A stretch of DNA of 63,843 nucleotides, filler included, from Phoronis australis (taxonomy: Eukaryota; Animalia; Phoronida): the NCBI GenBank assembly GCA_002633005.1. It is 7 parts of 7 records of this genome, joined end to end, with 100 filler letters (N's around TTAATTAATTAA, not from the genome) between each part and the next. Parts side by side here need not be neighbours in the genome. Positions count along the whole stretch, not along the records: positions 1 to 18,277 come from NMRA01001171.1; positions 18,378 to 39,716 come from NMRA01000308.1; 5 more parts are not named here. One strand, given 5' to 3'. Below are positions 12,421 to 25,462 of the stretch, in pieces. Each line of letters starts with the position of its first letter. Position 1 is the stretch's first letter. The notes under the pieces are model-generated. The model ran no database searches. It saw only the letters and a list, made by a program, of their open reading frames with translations, and was not told the DNA's origin. A program made the position numbers and the translations under genes.

Positions 12421-13576
12421 AAACACATGTCAACCAAACAATGCCGAAATTCCATGAAGGTAATAAGGTTGTGATTGACCAATCAAATGTACTTACTCCA
12501 AGTTGGAAGGACCTGCAAACATCTTAAAGGGACCTATCTACGGTGGCGAATTCCATATCCACATTCATTCAAATGGAGACGAATCTCAACTCAAGAATTG
12601 CTGTGAGGCTGTCTATTTGTGCTGTCTCAAGGTCAACTCAGTGCTCATGCAAGAGGAAGCCCTGCTGACTTTGCTATTTATAAAAAAATTTACAACTTCA
12701 ATGACTATTTCTTAGATTCTAACTTGAACATGATTACGAAAGCTGACTGCAGTTTATAATTGTAAAGTTTAAAATAAAACAAAAAGTAACTGATTTTTCA
12801 GAAATTGCGTCATGTGGTTGAAAGATTTAGACACGTTAAGTTATTCGGCAAAAAGATAATGTCTATAGTTCATGTGAACTTAAAACTTATCTTCCCTTGT
12901 TTTTATGTCTCCTTTTATTAATAATTTTAAATCATTATTTTTTTCTTCTCAGGCCAACATAATATTGTTCAGAAATGTCTCTGTGGTTGCCACAGACAAC
13001 TGCGAGGGAAGTCCCGTCACATTCGCAGTCAAAGTCTACTCAACTCTTGGAAGACAAGAGTGCACTCTTTTGGAAGCACACCCAAGGAAGGGCTAGTAAA
13101 GAAATGTTTTGTTAAAGGTTGTAACTTAAAATCTATTGGACAGGTACAAAATTATTACATAGACAAAACGTCAAGTTGCATTCATTTAATGCATTTATAA
13201 AAACTTTTCTTGATAAACAATAAAGATTTGATAATTGTATAATATGAAGAAATTATGTCACATGTCTTTCATTTGTCACTTTGAATTTTTGTTGGACGTT
13301 GACATTAACTAATAAAGGATTTTATTTATAAGTTGTTGAAAGTTATTTTGCCAGGGAAAACGAGAGGTTTGAGCAACCACGGCTAAGAGTTAAGAAAAAT
13401 TACAATTACATTCATGTTTTAGACATTTGATGAAACATTGAATACTTGTGTTACGTGGAGATTTTATGTAGGATGAACATGTCATTTATTTAACATTTAT
13501 ATCATTGGTATAATACAGATACAGTACAACTTGGGTTAGCTATGTACATGAGAATGATATTGCATGAGAAGTATTA

Positions 13577-15003
13577 CTGTATTCGTCAGGGTTATGGCTC
13601 AGGGTGCTTAAATTGGGAATCTGAAAAAACGGGCTGGGCAGTAAGCCAAGCATGGGTGGTTCAAAACGAAATTTTTGAAAAGTCAGTAGTGGGTGCTTGC
13701 TGCACATAGGACCGATTTTACCCTCACGGAACTACACTGACGTCAGACTTCAAGAATAGCAGTTCAAATATACGTCGGCAGATTGGAGTAACGAACTTTG
13801 ACTCTCTGAAGTGGAATAGCGCACTCACCACAGTGGTGCCGTAATCCCGAGCGTGATTGAGTTTTTTACATACTTCCGTCAGTGCTCGTCATCTTCTAGA
13901 ACTAAGGTATTCCTACATGTAGGCCGGCATTCAGTAGGGCAAGTTTCTTGAGAGAAAAGGCAGATCAAGCAAAACTCCGCTAGTGCACCCCGTATGTAGA
14001 AGGGAAGCACCTGATTTTGTAGATTTGTTCCCTAGACACCTTGGCAACCAAAACTCGTGCTAATGATTGGCAGGTCTCAGTTCTTTTAAAAACATTAAAA
14101 TGCTTTGAACCTAGTTTGAAAAATGAAACATTTTATATACATTGTATATTTCTTTCTGAATTGAATCTCTTGTTCAGAGCACCTGCTCAACAATCCCACC
14201 ATACCTCTATTAGGCAATAGGGATGCTAGGTTGGCTGCAAAAATAATGAAGCAAAAACACATCATGTAAAAAGACATCAGGCAAATCAAGAGTTCAAAAA
14301 AATAAGTTTTTGACAACGTAGATGTGGATAGAGTTTTTGACTAGTGCTTAATGACAAGTTGATTTCTTGTGCTGTTGCTGTTGGTTGGGTGCTTCCATTT
14401 TGGTGTGGAAGTGAGTCATTTAAAAGATGCGTTCAAGGCAGGGAATAGTGAGACAAGTGGGCTGGTCACAATGATTCCTGTCTGCATGTATTCAAAACAA
14501 TGCGTCCAAAATTATGTCATTGTGCTCGTGTTGCTAAGGATGGTGACTGTCACGGCACTCACAGGGAATCACAGAAAGGTAGGCCACGGACTTGAAATTC
14601 CTGTCAAGTACTGCTTTGCTGGTTATTCCTTGGCAATGAAATGTATTTGATAAGCGCTGTCTCAGTGATCAGTAAATGCTAACACGAGTTCTGCGGGTGA
14701 GCCAAAGCAAATAATTGTGTCTCCTTCAGTAAAGTGCATTGAGAACATGCCCGTTGGATATTTTACCGCCATAGCAAGGCAAGGTCCCGGTATCGCTAAA
14801 ACTGATTGATTGTCACTAAAAGGTAAGTGATGTGTGCACGTTTTGGAATCTTAGTTTTCAGCGACGAACTTTCACAGAAGCACAGACACTTTTAAGAAAG
14901 TCTCGATCATGAAAAATTGGGGGTGGGCGGTAAGCACAGCATGGGCGCTTGAAAATGAAAAATTGAAAATTTTGGGAGTGGGCGGTAAGCCGAACGAGTA
15001 TGG
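13577..15003. mobile_element. Old Tc1/mariner-pogo-like (TA-CCGTA type) non-autonomous element
   Basis: TA-CTGTATTCGTCAGGGTTA ... TAAGCCGAACGAGTATGG-TA imperfect TIRs; the GTGGGCGGTAAGC/CATGGGCGCTT subterminal motif occurs at both ends (13630-13700, 14920-14995). Confidence 0.6.
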
Positions 15004-15514
15004 TAGTATTAGAAGTATTAATTAAGTATATGGTGGTTCTTGTGCAATTAATTAAAGGTATATATTGGTTGTGTACTGAAATTTATTTCCTTCTGTGAGT
15101 GCATAGGAAATGAATCAGCATATTTGTCTTTGACCATGTGTTTATGCTATGTTAGTAGAGTTCTGTAACTTTAAATTCACCGGAATTGGTCAACTTTAGG
15201 GTGAGCCATTTCTATCAACAACATAGTCTTGTTATTATTCATCAGAAATTACTTAAAGGTTTGTCTGTCTGTGACCATATTTGGCAAAATCGTAATTTCA
15301 TAGTTGGAATTCTATGACATTGTTCCGACAGTTGTTTTGGAACTATGAGTAGCATTTGGAGTAAGTTTGTGGGTTTTACATTTTGATCTAACTCACCCAC
15401 CTGTATTCTGTTTGAGTATAAATATACTGTTAGCTACTCAAGAAGGCATATTTCTTGACGAGAGGCAACCAAATAGCTATAGAGGTATCAGATATTTCTT
15501 GAAGAGAGGCAACC

Positions 15515-16247
15515 ATTGCTTACCGGTTTGGGGCATACACACTTGTCAGCAAAGTTCAAGTAGTCCAAAATAGAGCCGCAAGGGCTGTCTTGTCTACTAG
15601 AATTAGGGACACCAAGGTCGATGACTTGTATTCCAAGCTGGGATTTATGAAAGTAAAACAAAGAAATAAATATCTCTCTGCCTGTTGTATGTACAGATGT
15701 ATCAATGGCTTGGCTCCATCATATCTCAACCGAAAATTCAGTAGTAGTCAAGCTGTATATTCTACACGCTCTTCTGTTGCTGGAAATCTTTCTTTAAAAA
15801 AATTAAAACTGAGACCGGCAAGAGATCTTTTATCTATGGTGCTGCTACAATATGGAATTCTCTTAGCCCAGAAATTAAACGGTCTGATTCAATTGATATT
15901 TTCAAACGTAATATTAAGAAGTGACTGTAATTTACATAACCTTTTTATACCCTACCTGTCTCAGTCTTGTCATTCTTTCCATTGTCCTAAATACTCTCAC
16001 TGTTTAGAATCATCTCTGTATTTGTTTCATCTCTCTTAGTTAAATTTTCACCATTCTTCGTCATTTATTTATTGTCTTAATTCTCAACCTGTTTTAATTG
16101 TATCTTTTTACATATATTTAATTTGTTGTTTTATTACTTTGTTGTATTATATTACTGTTTTTTGTTGTTGTTGAGGACCCTCTTGGAAAGCAGTTCTTTC
16201 ACTGAAGAGGTCACTCTCATTTTAAATATCACAATAAATAAATAAAT
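15515..16247 (+). mobile_element. 5'-truncated L2/Crack/Daphne-type LINE (RT C-terminus, 3' UTR, tail)
   Basis: Frameshifted CLPVWG..KVQVVQNRAARAVL..MYRCINGLAPSYL..YSTRSS..GKRSFIYGAATIWNSL..IFKRNIKK* (stop 15922-15924). T-rich UTR, stem-loop CCTCTT..AAGAGG, (TAAA)n tail. Confidence 0.85.
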
Positions 16248-18277
16248 GAAAAACCAGCTTGCTACAGAGGTATCGCAGATATTCTTGAAGAAATGCTACT
16301 GGTTTGCTGAGAAATATCACAAGTAAGAGAGATTCGACGGATTGAATTTCTATCTGATACATGTAGCAGAAATTCGATTGACTGAATTTCAAAGGGATAC
16401 ATTGTATTTAGAATTTTATGGACTGAATTCATGTTAACATATGTGATGTTGATGGACTGAACTTCATGATCGTTCTGAAGAATTTCATCAAGTGAAGTCT
16501 GCTTGGAAAACTGGATGGCATGATCAAGAGAAGAGGAAGCTCCTCACAACAAGTGTAACACTGGATCCAAGGCCGACACCAGGAACAGGAAAACATGATC
16601 ACAGATTGATTAGATTAACTTTCTTTGTAAATCTTAATGATATTTCATTTAGGGAAATTTAAACATTTAGTCAATACACTCATTATTATATTCAAATCGA
16701 ATTGTGTTGTTTCAACCACCTATCGGCAAGATATTCACCACATGACAACATGAAATTGTTAATCGTATTAATTTGGAAATATCTGATTGACAGTTAATGT
16801 ACAAAGAAGCTGCTGTAATAAGATTTACCTCTGGTGAAGATTGTCCATGTATGTCTGGTGTGGTCTATTGTTTCCGCACTTTGGGGAATCATGTCGCTCC
16901 TGAGGTCAACGTGTTGTCATTTCTCTTGTGATATGTGCACTCTAGTAGGTCATTCACCCAGTGTAAAACATGTCATTTCTCAATAACAGTTTGTCTGTGG
17001 AAAAATTAATCACCTGTAAGTTTGTATTCACAAGTGACAATAATTTTTACAGGTCATCTTTTTTGATCGAAATTACTTGTACACGGTTGAAAAAATTTGG
17101 AAATCATATTTTAAGTGGTTAACTTTTAGAACAGCATCTTTGTTCATGACTATGTGCAGGCTTTGCGTAGACTAATACATTAATGTGTGTGCATTATACA
17201 TTTTAATTAAGTACTCATCAGAATTTGCGCATGAAATCATTGACCAACACTGCATATTTTGTTATCTGATGATTGACAAAATGTCACACAGACGAGATGT
17301 GACTGATGGACGGTTGTACTATGATCGTATTCTATTGTTGACAGGCTAAACCAAACTACAGGCAGGTCATATGCAGGAATTACAAGCCGTGGTATTTGAA
17401 AATTGATTCATGATAATAATTGAGGAGCATGAAGTTGGATGTAATGTTAAAGGTGAGATTGAAGCCCCTTTACACACAAATATACCCTGACCCAGGCCCC
17501 TTTGAAAAAGGTCAGTCTGCCTCTGTGGACTCAATTTTCCCGCAGCACTTCATTGGTGTTGAACTGGTCTCTATCTTTCTCAAATAGTATTACTGAACTC
17601 TGCAACTTTGACAGAAGTGCCTAATGATTGGTAATATCTTTTGCAGACTGAGATAGAATATTCCTGTTGAAAAGGGGATGTGGCTTGAGACGAGAGATAA
17701 GAAAATAACGAGTCCGATTTGCATAGCTACTGTCAGTAAGTACTATGCCCATTCTGGTTAATTTTGCATTTTGTACAGCGCTCGATTTGACAACCTCCAG
17801 GTTGTCAATGCAACCTCAGAGTGTGTTTGGCAACCTGGGAAAAATTTTTGTGTCACCACTGCGAGTATCAAAGTAACAATAATTCTCTCTAAATTGGTTT
17901 TCAAAGTTTGGGTTGACTTTCAAACTTTAAATTACTAACACTTTGCCTATATTTGCTACCTTTGATTCACAATGTTCCGTTGATTTTGTGAAATCGCGCA
18001 TTTGCCACCATGCTTAAAGTAGAACAGAAAGTAAACAGACAGAAGTCTAAATTGTTCGGTAAAAATGGGGCAAGATCAGTTTGTGTGGTTGTCTACATTC
18101 TATGTGGAGGACTTGAGTTAGAGAATTGAAGTACGCATACATTTTTATGTGTGAAATCAGAGGAGTGTGTGGTGCTACAGCCGTTCGACCTTTTTTGGTT
18201 GGCAAACTTTTATATACCAGATGGAAACCTCGGAATTATTACGCTGAGATTTTCAGTTTTGGTGACCTGAGATTTTC

Positions 18278-18377
18278 NNNNNNNNNNNNNNNNNNNNNNN
18301 NNNNNNNNNNNNNNNNNNNNNTTAATTAATTAANNNNNNNNNNNNNNNNNNNNNNNNNNNNNNNNNNNNNNNNNNNN
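18278..18377. other. Artificial scaffold linker 44N-TTAATTAATTAA-44N
   Basis: Identical 100-bp structure at 18278, 39717, 43375, 50231, 57212 and 61577; the 12-mer gives stops in all six frames. Confidence 0.97.
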
Positions 18378-19959
18378 GAACGAGCCTCCTGTCAGCGTGA
18401 ATAGGGTCTATGAGCGAACTTTCGGACGGATCTGACTACCGGTGTGCCCCCTAGTGGCAATTTTAGTTTTTACGCTTACCTTTGTATCTTCAAAAGTCCA
18501 GAACGGATTTTCATGAAATTTGGTATGTAGGCACCTATTAGTGAGATGACGCTATCCTCCCGTTTTCGGATGGATTCGACGTAGTTTGCGCCACCTAGTG
18601 GCCATTTTTACCTTTATTGAGTCTGTTTTTTGCGTCCACCCCTCTATCAACCAAACTGCTCAAAGGATGGTTGTGAAAATTGGCATGTCTGTGCTTACTA
18701 TAAAGGGTACGGTTGACTGTGATTTTCTGACAATTTTGACTACTGTGGCACCTCCTAGTGGCAGTTTTGTTTTTTTGCGCCTGTGGCTATATCTCCTAAA
18801 CTGTTCGCAGGATCTTTACGAAATTTAGTATGATGTTAACAATAGACGACGACATCTTTTGGACAGATCCGACTACCGGTGTGCCCCCTAGTTTTTTACA
18901 TTTACCTTAAAGTTTTATCTTCAGAAGTCCTTAACAGATTTTCATGAAATTTAATATGTAGGCACCTATTAGTGAGGTGACGCTATCCTCCCGTTTTCGG
19001 ATGGATTCGACGTAGTTTGCGCCATCTAGTGGCCATTTTTACTGTTTTCGAGTCTGTTTTTTGCGTCCATCCTTCTATCAACCAAACCGCTCAAAGGATG
19101 ATTCTGTAAAATTACCATGTATGTGCTTACTATAAAGAGGACGGCTGACGATGATTTTCCGACGATTTCGACTACTGTGGTGCCTCCTAGTGGTAGCTTT
19201 GTTTTTAGTGCACCTATGGCTGTATCTCCTAAACCGTTCGTGGGATCTTTACTTAATTTAGCAAGTGTGTTTATATGATGTTGATTACGGATGATGACTA
19301 CTTTCGGACAGATCTGACTACTGCTGTGCCCCTAGTGGCAACTTTAATTTTTTAACGTTTAGTCAGTATCTTCAAAGGTCGTCAACAGATTTTCATAAAA
19401 TATAGGCATCTATTGGTGTGATGACGCTATCTTCCTGTTTTTGGATGGCATCGAGGTTTTTTGCACCACCTAGTGGCCGTTTTTTGCTGTTTTCAAATCT
19501 TGTTTTTGGTGTCCACTCATGTATCGACCAAATCATTTGAAAATTGGCATATATGTTCTCAGTGTGAAGATGACCTTTTTATGATGGTGACTGACTGATG
19601 GCACCTCCTAGTGGTAGTTTTGTTTCTCGCCCATAGTTGTATCTCCTCAACCCACTGCAGGATCTTTACTAAATTTAGTAAGTGTATTTATATGAAGATA
19701 ACAACAGATGATGACGACTTTCAGGCGGATCCAACGGACACTGTGCCCACTAGTGGCAATTTCATTTTATTCTGTTTTCCTTTTTCCTCTGAAATTCCTT
19801 GACAGATTTTTATGAAATATGGCATGTTCCTGTTTTTGAATGGATTGTATGTTTTTGTGCCATCTAGTGGCCTTTTTATGATACAAATAAATAACCCTAA
19901 AAGCACACCATTTGCAATGCATTCCTGGGTGCATTTCAACGCTCCGTGTTGCTCTTGTT
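18378..19959 (+). mobile_element. Helentron-type non-autonomous element (HINE-like) with internal tandem array, 5' end lost in gap
   Basis: ~420-445-bp higher-order units built from three ~130-160-bp subunits, each with a CC(A/T/C)CCTAGTGG motif. 3' module TGGGTGCATTT-CAACGCTCCGTGTTG-CTCTTGTT. Confidence 0.8.
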
Positions 19960-20130
19960 TAACTTGCAGTCGGCCATCTTGATTGATATTCGGTAGATTA
20001 AGCAGATACATTTCTAGCACCTGTATGTACATATTACTACTATATCTGTTTGGCACCCTCCTCTCTGTTTTCCAAACCCTTTGATGGATCAGTTGTTCAC
20101 AGACGCATTTCCTTTAAAGAGAGGCTGACA

Positions 20131-21453
20131 CTTGTCAATCTTTGGACACATTCCCCAGATGCTGCTCCCTCTAGTGGCAATATCAGGGGTGTATGTTCTT
20201 ACAATGAAGAGGACAGATGGTGACATTTTTCCGACATTGTTATCTACTGTGGCACCTACTAGTGACAATTTTGTTTTTTACGCCGATGGCTGCATCTCCT
20301 TAACAGTATGCAGGATCTTATTGAAAATTGGCAAGTGTGTTCCTTTTGGGCTGATGACAGAGGGCGATGAGTTTTGGCAATTTTAGTTTTTTACGTTTGC
20401 CTCTGTATCTTCAAAGGTCCTCAACTGACTTTCATGAAATTTGGCACATAGGCATCTATTAATGAGTTGACGCTATCCTCAGGTTTCTAGATGGATTCAA
20501 TGCATTTTGTGCCACCTATTGGCCATTTTTTACTGTTTTTGATGTCCGCCCCTCGAACCACTCAAAAAATTATTATAAAAATTGCCATGTATGTTCTTAC
20601 TATGAAGAGGACAGATGATGATGATATTCTGATGACTTCAGCTTCTGTGGCGCCTCCTAGTAACAGTTTTGTTTTTTGTGCCTATGGCTGTATCTCCTTA
20701 ACACTATGCAAGATCGTTACTAAATTAAGCAAGACACTTAGTGTATTTTTATGAATTTGGCAACGAATGACGATGACTTTTGGACGTATCAGACTACCCG
20801 TGTGCGCCCTAGTGGGAATTTTAGTTTTTTACGTTTGTTTCATAAAATTTGGAATATAGTCATCTATTGGTGAGATGATACTATCCTTCCGTTTTCAGAT
20901 AAAATCGAAGTATTTTGTGCCACCTAATGTCCATTTTTGCTGTTTTTGAGTCCGCCACTCTATCAACCAAGCCATTCTAAGGATGATTTTGAAAATTGGC
21001 ATGCATGTTCTTTGTGTGTAGAGAATGGTTGACGATGATTTTCTGACGACTTTGACTGATGTGGCTCCCCCTAGTGGTGATTTTTTTTTTATTTTGGGCT
21101 CATAGCTATATCCCCTAAACCTATTGCAGGATCTTTATTAAATTTAGCAAGTGTATTTATATGGAGTTGACAATGGAACAGGACGACGTTCAAACACATC
21201 TGGTGAACACTGTGCCCCCTAGTGCCAATTTCGTTTTTTCTGTTTTCCTTTGCTTCTCTGAAGTTCCTTGAATTCTTGACAGATTTTTATGAAATTTTGT
21301 AAATAGCTTTCTGTTAAAGAAGCTATCATGGCATGTTCCCGTTTTCGGATGCATTTGATGTATTTTGCGCCATGATACAAAGATACATCCTGAGAAGCAC
21401 ACGGTTAGCAATGCATTCGTAAGTGCATTTCAATGCTCTACATTGCTTTTGTT
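20131..21453 (+). mobile_element. HINE-like element, diverged copy, in DAW1 intron
   Basis: Same array subunits; 3' module TAAGTGCATTTCAATGCTCTACATTGCTTTTGTT. Confidence 0.75.
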
Positions 21454-21627
21454 TGCTTTTATGCTGTTTTCAAGAAAATCTTTTTGAGCATTATTGAAGT
21501 TTTGAGTTTTATTTGGTGACCTTGAATCTGGTTCAAACATATGATGAAGATCATGTGACTGATTTATTTTGCACATATGCAAGCTGATTATTAATATTTT
21601 TGTTTTAATTTGTGCCATTCTGTACAG

Positions 21628-21790
21628 ATTACATTCAACCCTCAAGGCACTCGAGTTCTCACAGCTAGCTCAGACAAAACAGCACGGTTATGGGATCCAG
21701 AGACGGGGGAGTGCAAACAGACACTGGAAGGGCACTCGGACGAGATCTTCAGCTGTGCGTTTAACTACGAAGGAAGTATCATCATAACAG
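21628..21790 (+). CDS. DAW1: Dynein assembly factor with WD repeats 1 (WDR69/ODA16), penultimate coding exon
   Basis: tacag|[55 protein letters not shown]|gtgag; matches the DAW1 C-terminal WD repeats ([14 protein letters not shown]). Confidence 0.93.
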
Positions 21791-22369
21791 GTGAGATGTG
21801 TTTTGTTTAAAGTTCACTGATTCAACAAACAAGTCTTCTTGACATTTGAAATGAATGTCTAACAGTGATTTTAAGGAAGTAGTGGATATTTTATGATCAG
21901 AAAACTGTCACAGTAAAGATTATCAAGCCTCCCTGGTTCTGTTGCAGACAACTCAAATTAATTCTTCGCCTGACGCTGAGTTTTTGGTGAAAAGATGAAA
22001 AATGACTTCATGTGTGCACCACTTTGGATACATATTTTTACAAGTTGTGAGAAATGAAAAACTAAAAAATAATGATCATCGTCATTTCTTGGTTTTCGGG
22101 TGTCATATTTTCCCTTGATAAAAGTACCGCCTCGTGTTTTCAACAAACACTGCGCATAGTTGTATGCTTGTGTTATATTTTAGGGACTGTTGATGGACCC
22201 CAGGTAATTGAAATGAACCTTTAAGATTTTGCAGAGGTGGATCCACTGGATACCTTTATTTGGAAGTGTGGAGTGAGCACCAGGAATTAAGTCAGATCGG
22301 TCAGTGTTGGTCCTTTTGTTGTGCCTGTTGTTAATTCTTGTTTTGTCACCATATCATCATTTGTTACAG

Positions 22370-22404
22370 GCTCCAAAGATAATACTTGCCGCATATGGAG
22401 GTAA
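22370..22404 (+). CDS. DAW1: DAW1 last coding exon
   Basis: ttgttacag|GC TCC AAA GAT AAT ACT TGC CGC ATA TGG AGG TAA; the phase-1 join gives GSKDNTCRIWR*, the conserved DAW1 C-terminus. Confidence 0.93.
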
Positions 22405-23270
22405 ACCTTAGCAGGCGCAAGAACACAAAGCTTCTTTGACCACAACACTGTTGTCATGACAGCAGTCTCATCTAGCTGCCTTGGCCTCGCCTTGCTCAAT
22501 GATCCATCGATGGGTGCTTACCATTTTTAGTCAGCTTCACTGTATCGTTGTCTGGAGCAGCTGAATACTTTGCTTCAATATTGTATTTTTTGGCCGTCCG
22601 CTTTAAAAAACTGATCGGCAACCTTTTGGACCTTTTTTGAACTCATGTTGATTATAGTGATCATATGAATTACCGATTAACATTGTTCCCAGATTATCAA
22701 TATACGAGTTGAATGGGTGTGATTTGTTTGGAACTTGTTTATTTTTATTACATGCCACAAAGTTTTGCAGTAATTGGACTTCGTGTGGGTTTTCACAGTC
22801 ATTAGATTTGCAGTAATGCTGTTGTAGTGTCTTGCGTGAGAGTTGACAAGTGGATAGTTCTCTGGCTCTGCATTGTCTTGATTAATTCTATATTTACCAT
22901 GTAAAAGACTGTAGTTACTTAATTGAGTTTAGGTGGATTGTGCTTATTTTTATCAATATAATCTCTTTGATTAGTTGGGCAGGTGTGCTGCATTGGTTAC
23001 AATGTAATTAAAACTGACCAGAGAACTTTAGTAGTTTAGATTATTTACTTCCAGTATTTCCTAATAGCTGTTTCGATCAGAAAGTTTACCCTAAGTACAT
23101 ACAGTGGTATTTCCTTTAAGAGGTATGGAGACTTGACTTTGTGGATTTGACTGACAACTCTCCATTGTTCTAATTAGTCGCAATGATAATTTTGCTGTCC
23201 TTGTGTTGCAGCCTATAATTTATCCACTATAAGTAGAGGAGGTTGTAACAGAAGAGAAATCTTTTAAGCA

Positions 23271-25462
23271 TTTTTATGCGCCCACATATTTATATGTGGT
23301 TGCATATTGCCGTCATTTCTGTCTGGGCGTGCGGCATCCACAGCTATATCTCCTAAATTCCTCACAGGATCTTGATGAGATTTGGCAGATGTGTTCCTAT
23401 GAAGCCGAAGACGGATGACGACGAATTTCACACCTCTCCATCTACTGGTAACAATTTCATTTTTTTACGTTTACCTCTGTATCTTCGGAGGTCCTCAACA
23501 GATTTTTATGCGCACACATATTTATATGTGGAAGCATTATGCCATCATCTCCGTCTGTCCAGATGGCGTCTGCTGCTCTATCTCCAAAACGGCTTGACAT
23601 ATGTTCATGAAATTTTGAACGTGTTCCTTCCGTGGATGGGACAGCATGAGCGAACTTTTGGACGGATCTGACTACCGGTGTCGCACCTAGGGGAAATTTT
23701 AGTTTTTTACGTTTACCTCTGTACTTTCAAAAGTCCTCAACAGATTTTCTTTAAAGTTGGTACATAGGCACCTAGTAGTAAGATGACGCTATCATCTCAT
23801 TTTCGGATGGATTCGGCGGACTTTGCACCACCTAGTGGCCATTTTTACTGTTTTCGAGTTTTTTACATCCACCAATCCGCTCAAAGGATGATTGTGAAAT
23901 TTGGCACATTTGTTCTTACTATGAAGTGGACGGATGACGATGATTTTCCGACTTCGACTACTGTGGCGCCTCCTAGTGGCAGTTTGTTTTTGTGCCTATG
24001 GCTGTTTCTCCTAAACCGTTTGCAGGATCTTTACTAAATTTAGTAAGTGTAATTGTATGACATCAACAACAGAGGACGATGGCTTTCGGACAGATCTGAC
24101 TACTGATGTGCCACGTGGTGGCAATTTTATTTTTTTACGTCTACCTCTGCATCTTCAAAGGTCCTCAACGTATTTTCGTTAAATTTGGCATACAGGCATC
24201 TGTTAATGAGATCACCCTATCTCTCCATTTTCAGATGGATTTGACCTAGTTCGCACCACCTAGTGGCCATTTTTACTGTTTTGTGGTGTCCACTCGTCTA
24301 TCAAACAAATCGCTTTCAGCATAATTGTGAAAATTGGCATCCATGTTTTTACTATGAAGTGAACGGCTGATGATGATTTTCCCACGACTTCAACTACTGT
24401 AGCACCTCCTAGTGGCACTTTTGTTTTGTTTTAGCTCACGGCTGTCTCTCCTGAACCGTTTGCAGGATCTTTACTTAATGTAGCAAGTGTATTTATATGA
24501 TGTTGAAAATGGATGACGACGACTTTCGGAGGGATATGACTACTGGTGTGCCCCCCTAGTGCCACTTTTAGTTTTTTTATGTCTACCTCTGTATCTTCAA
24601 AGGCCCTCAAAAGATTTTCATAAAATTTGGCAGATAGGCGTATATTAGTAAGGAGACGCTATCATCCGGTTTTAGGTTAAATTCAAGGCATTTTGCTCCA
24701 CCTAGTGGCCATTTTTACTGTTTTCAAGTCTGTTGTTTGGCATCTGCCCCTCTGTCAACCAAACCACTCTAAGGATGGTTGTGGAAATTGGCATGTATGT
24801 TACTAATGTGAAGAGAAGGGTTGACGATGATTTTCCCAGAACCTCGTCAACTCTGGCGCTTCCTAGTGGCAGCTTTGCCCATGGCTGTATGTCCTAAATT
24901 CTCTGCAGGATCTTTATTAAATTTAGCAAGTGTATTTATCTGAACTTGACAACAAACGATGACGACTTTCGTATGGATCCGACTACTGGTTCCCTAGCGG
25001 CAATTTTAGTTTTTTAATTTTACCTCTGTTAATAAAAGTGGACAGATAGGCATCTATTAGTGAGTTGATGCTATCTTTCGGTTTGATTTGTGGTATTTTG
25101 CACCACCTAGTGGCCATTTTTACTGTTTTCGAGTCCTGTTATTTGGCGTCTGTCCCTCTGTCACCCAAACCACTCTGACGACAATTTCCTGACGACTTCA
25201 TCTACTGTGGCGCCTCTTAGTGGCAATTATATTTTTTGCGTCTATAGCCTAGTGACAATTTCATTTTTTTTTCGTTTTTCTTGGTTTCTCAGATGTTCTG
25301 AAATTTGGTAAACAGCTTTGATGACACATACCAGTTTTCAGATGGATTTAACGTATTTTGCGCCATCTAGTGGCCATTTTTTGTTCCAAATAAAGACCCC
25401 TAGAAGCACATCGTTTGCGGTGGATTCGTGGGCGCATTTCAATGCTCTGCGTTGCTCTTGTT
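23271..25462 (+). mobile_element. Full HINE-like (Helentron non-autonomous) element with a second 5' module at ~23503
   Basis: T-run, subTIR ATGCGCCCAC (23276-23285) with a short inverted partner, a CTGTC stretch, tandem array, subTIR GTGGGCGCAT (25428-25437), hairpin CAATGC-TCT-GCGTTG, then CTCTTG and a T-run. Confidence 0.85.

Noticed and set aside
12953-13118. Possible exon (..KCLCGCHRQLRG..) after a pyrimidine tract
   Set aside because: Splice sites are plausible but there is no recognisable protein family or partner exon.
18322-18333. Recurrent TTAATTAATTAA as a biological motif
   Set aside because: Always centred in exactly 44+44 Ns; a synthetic linker.
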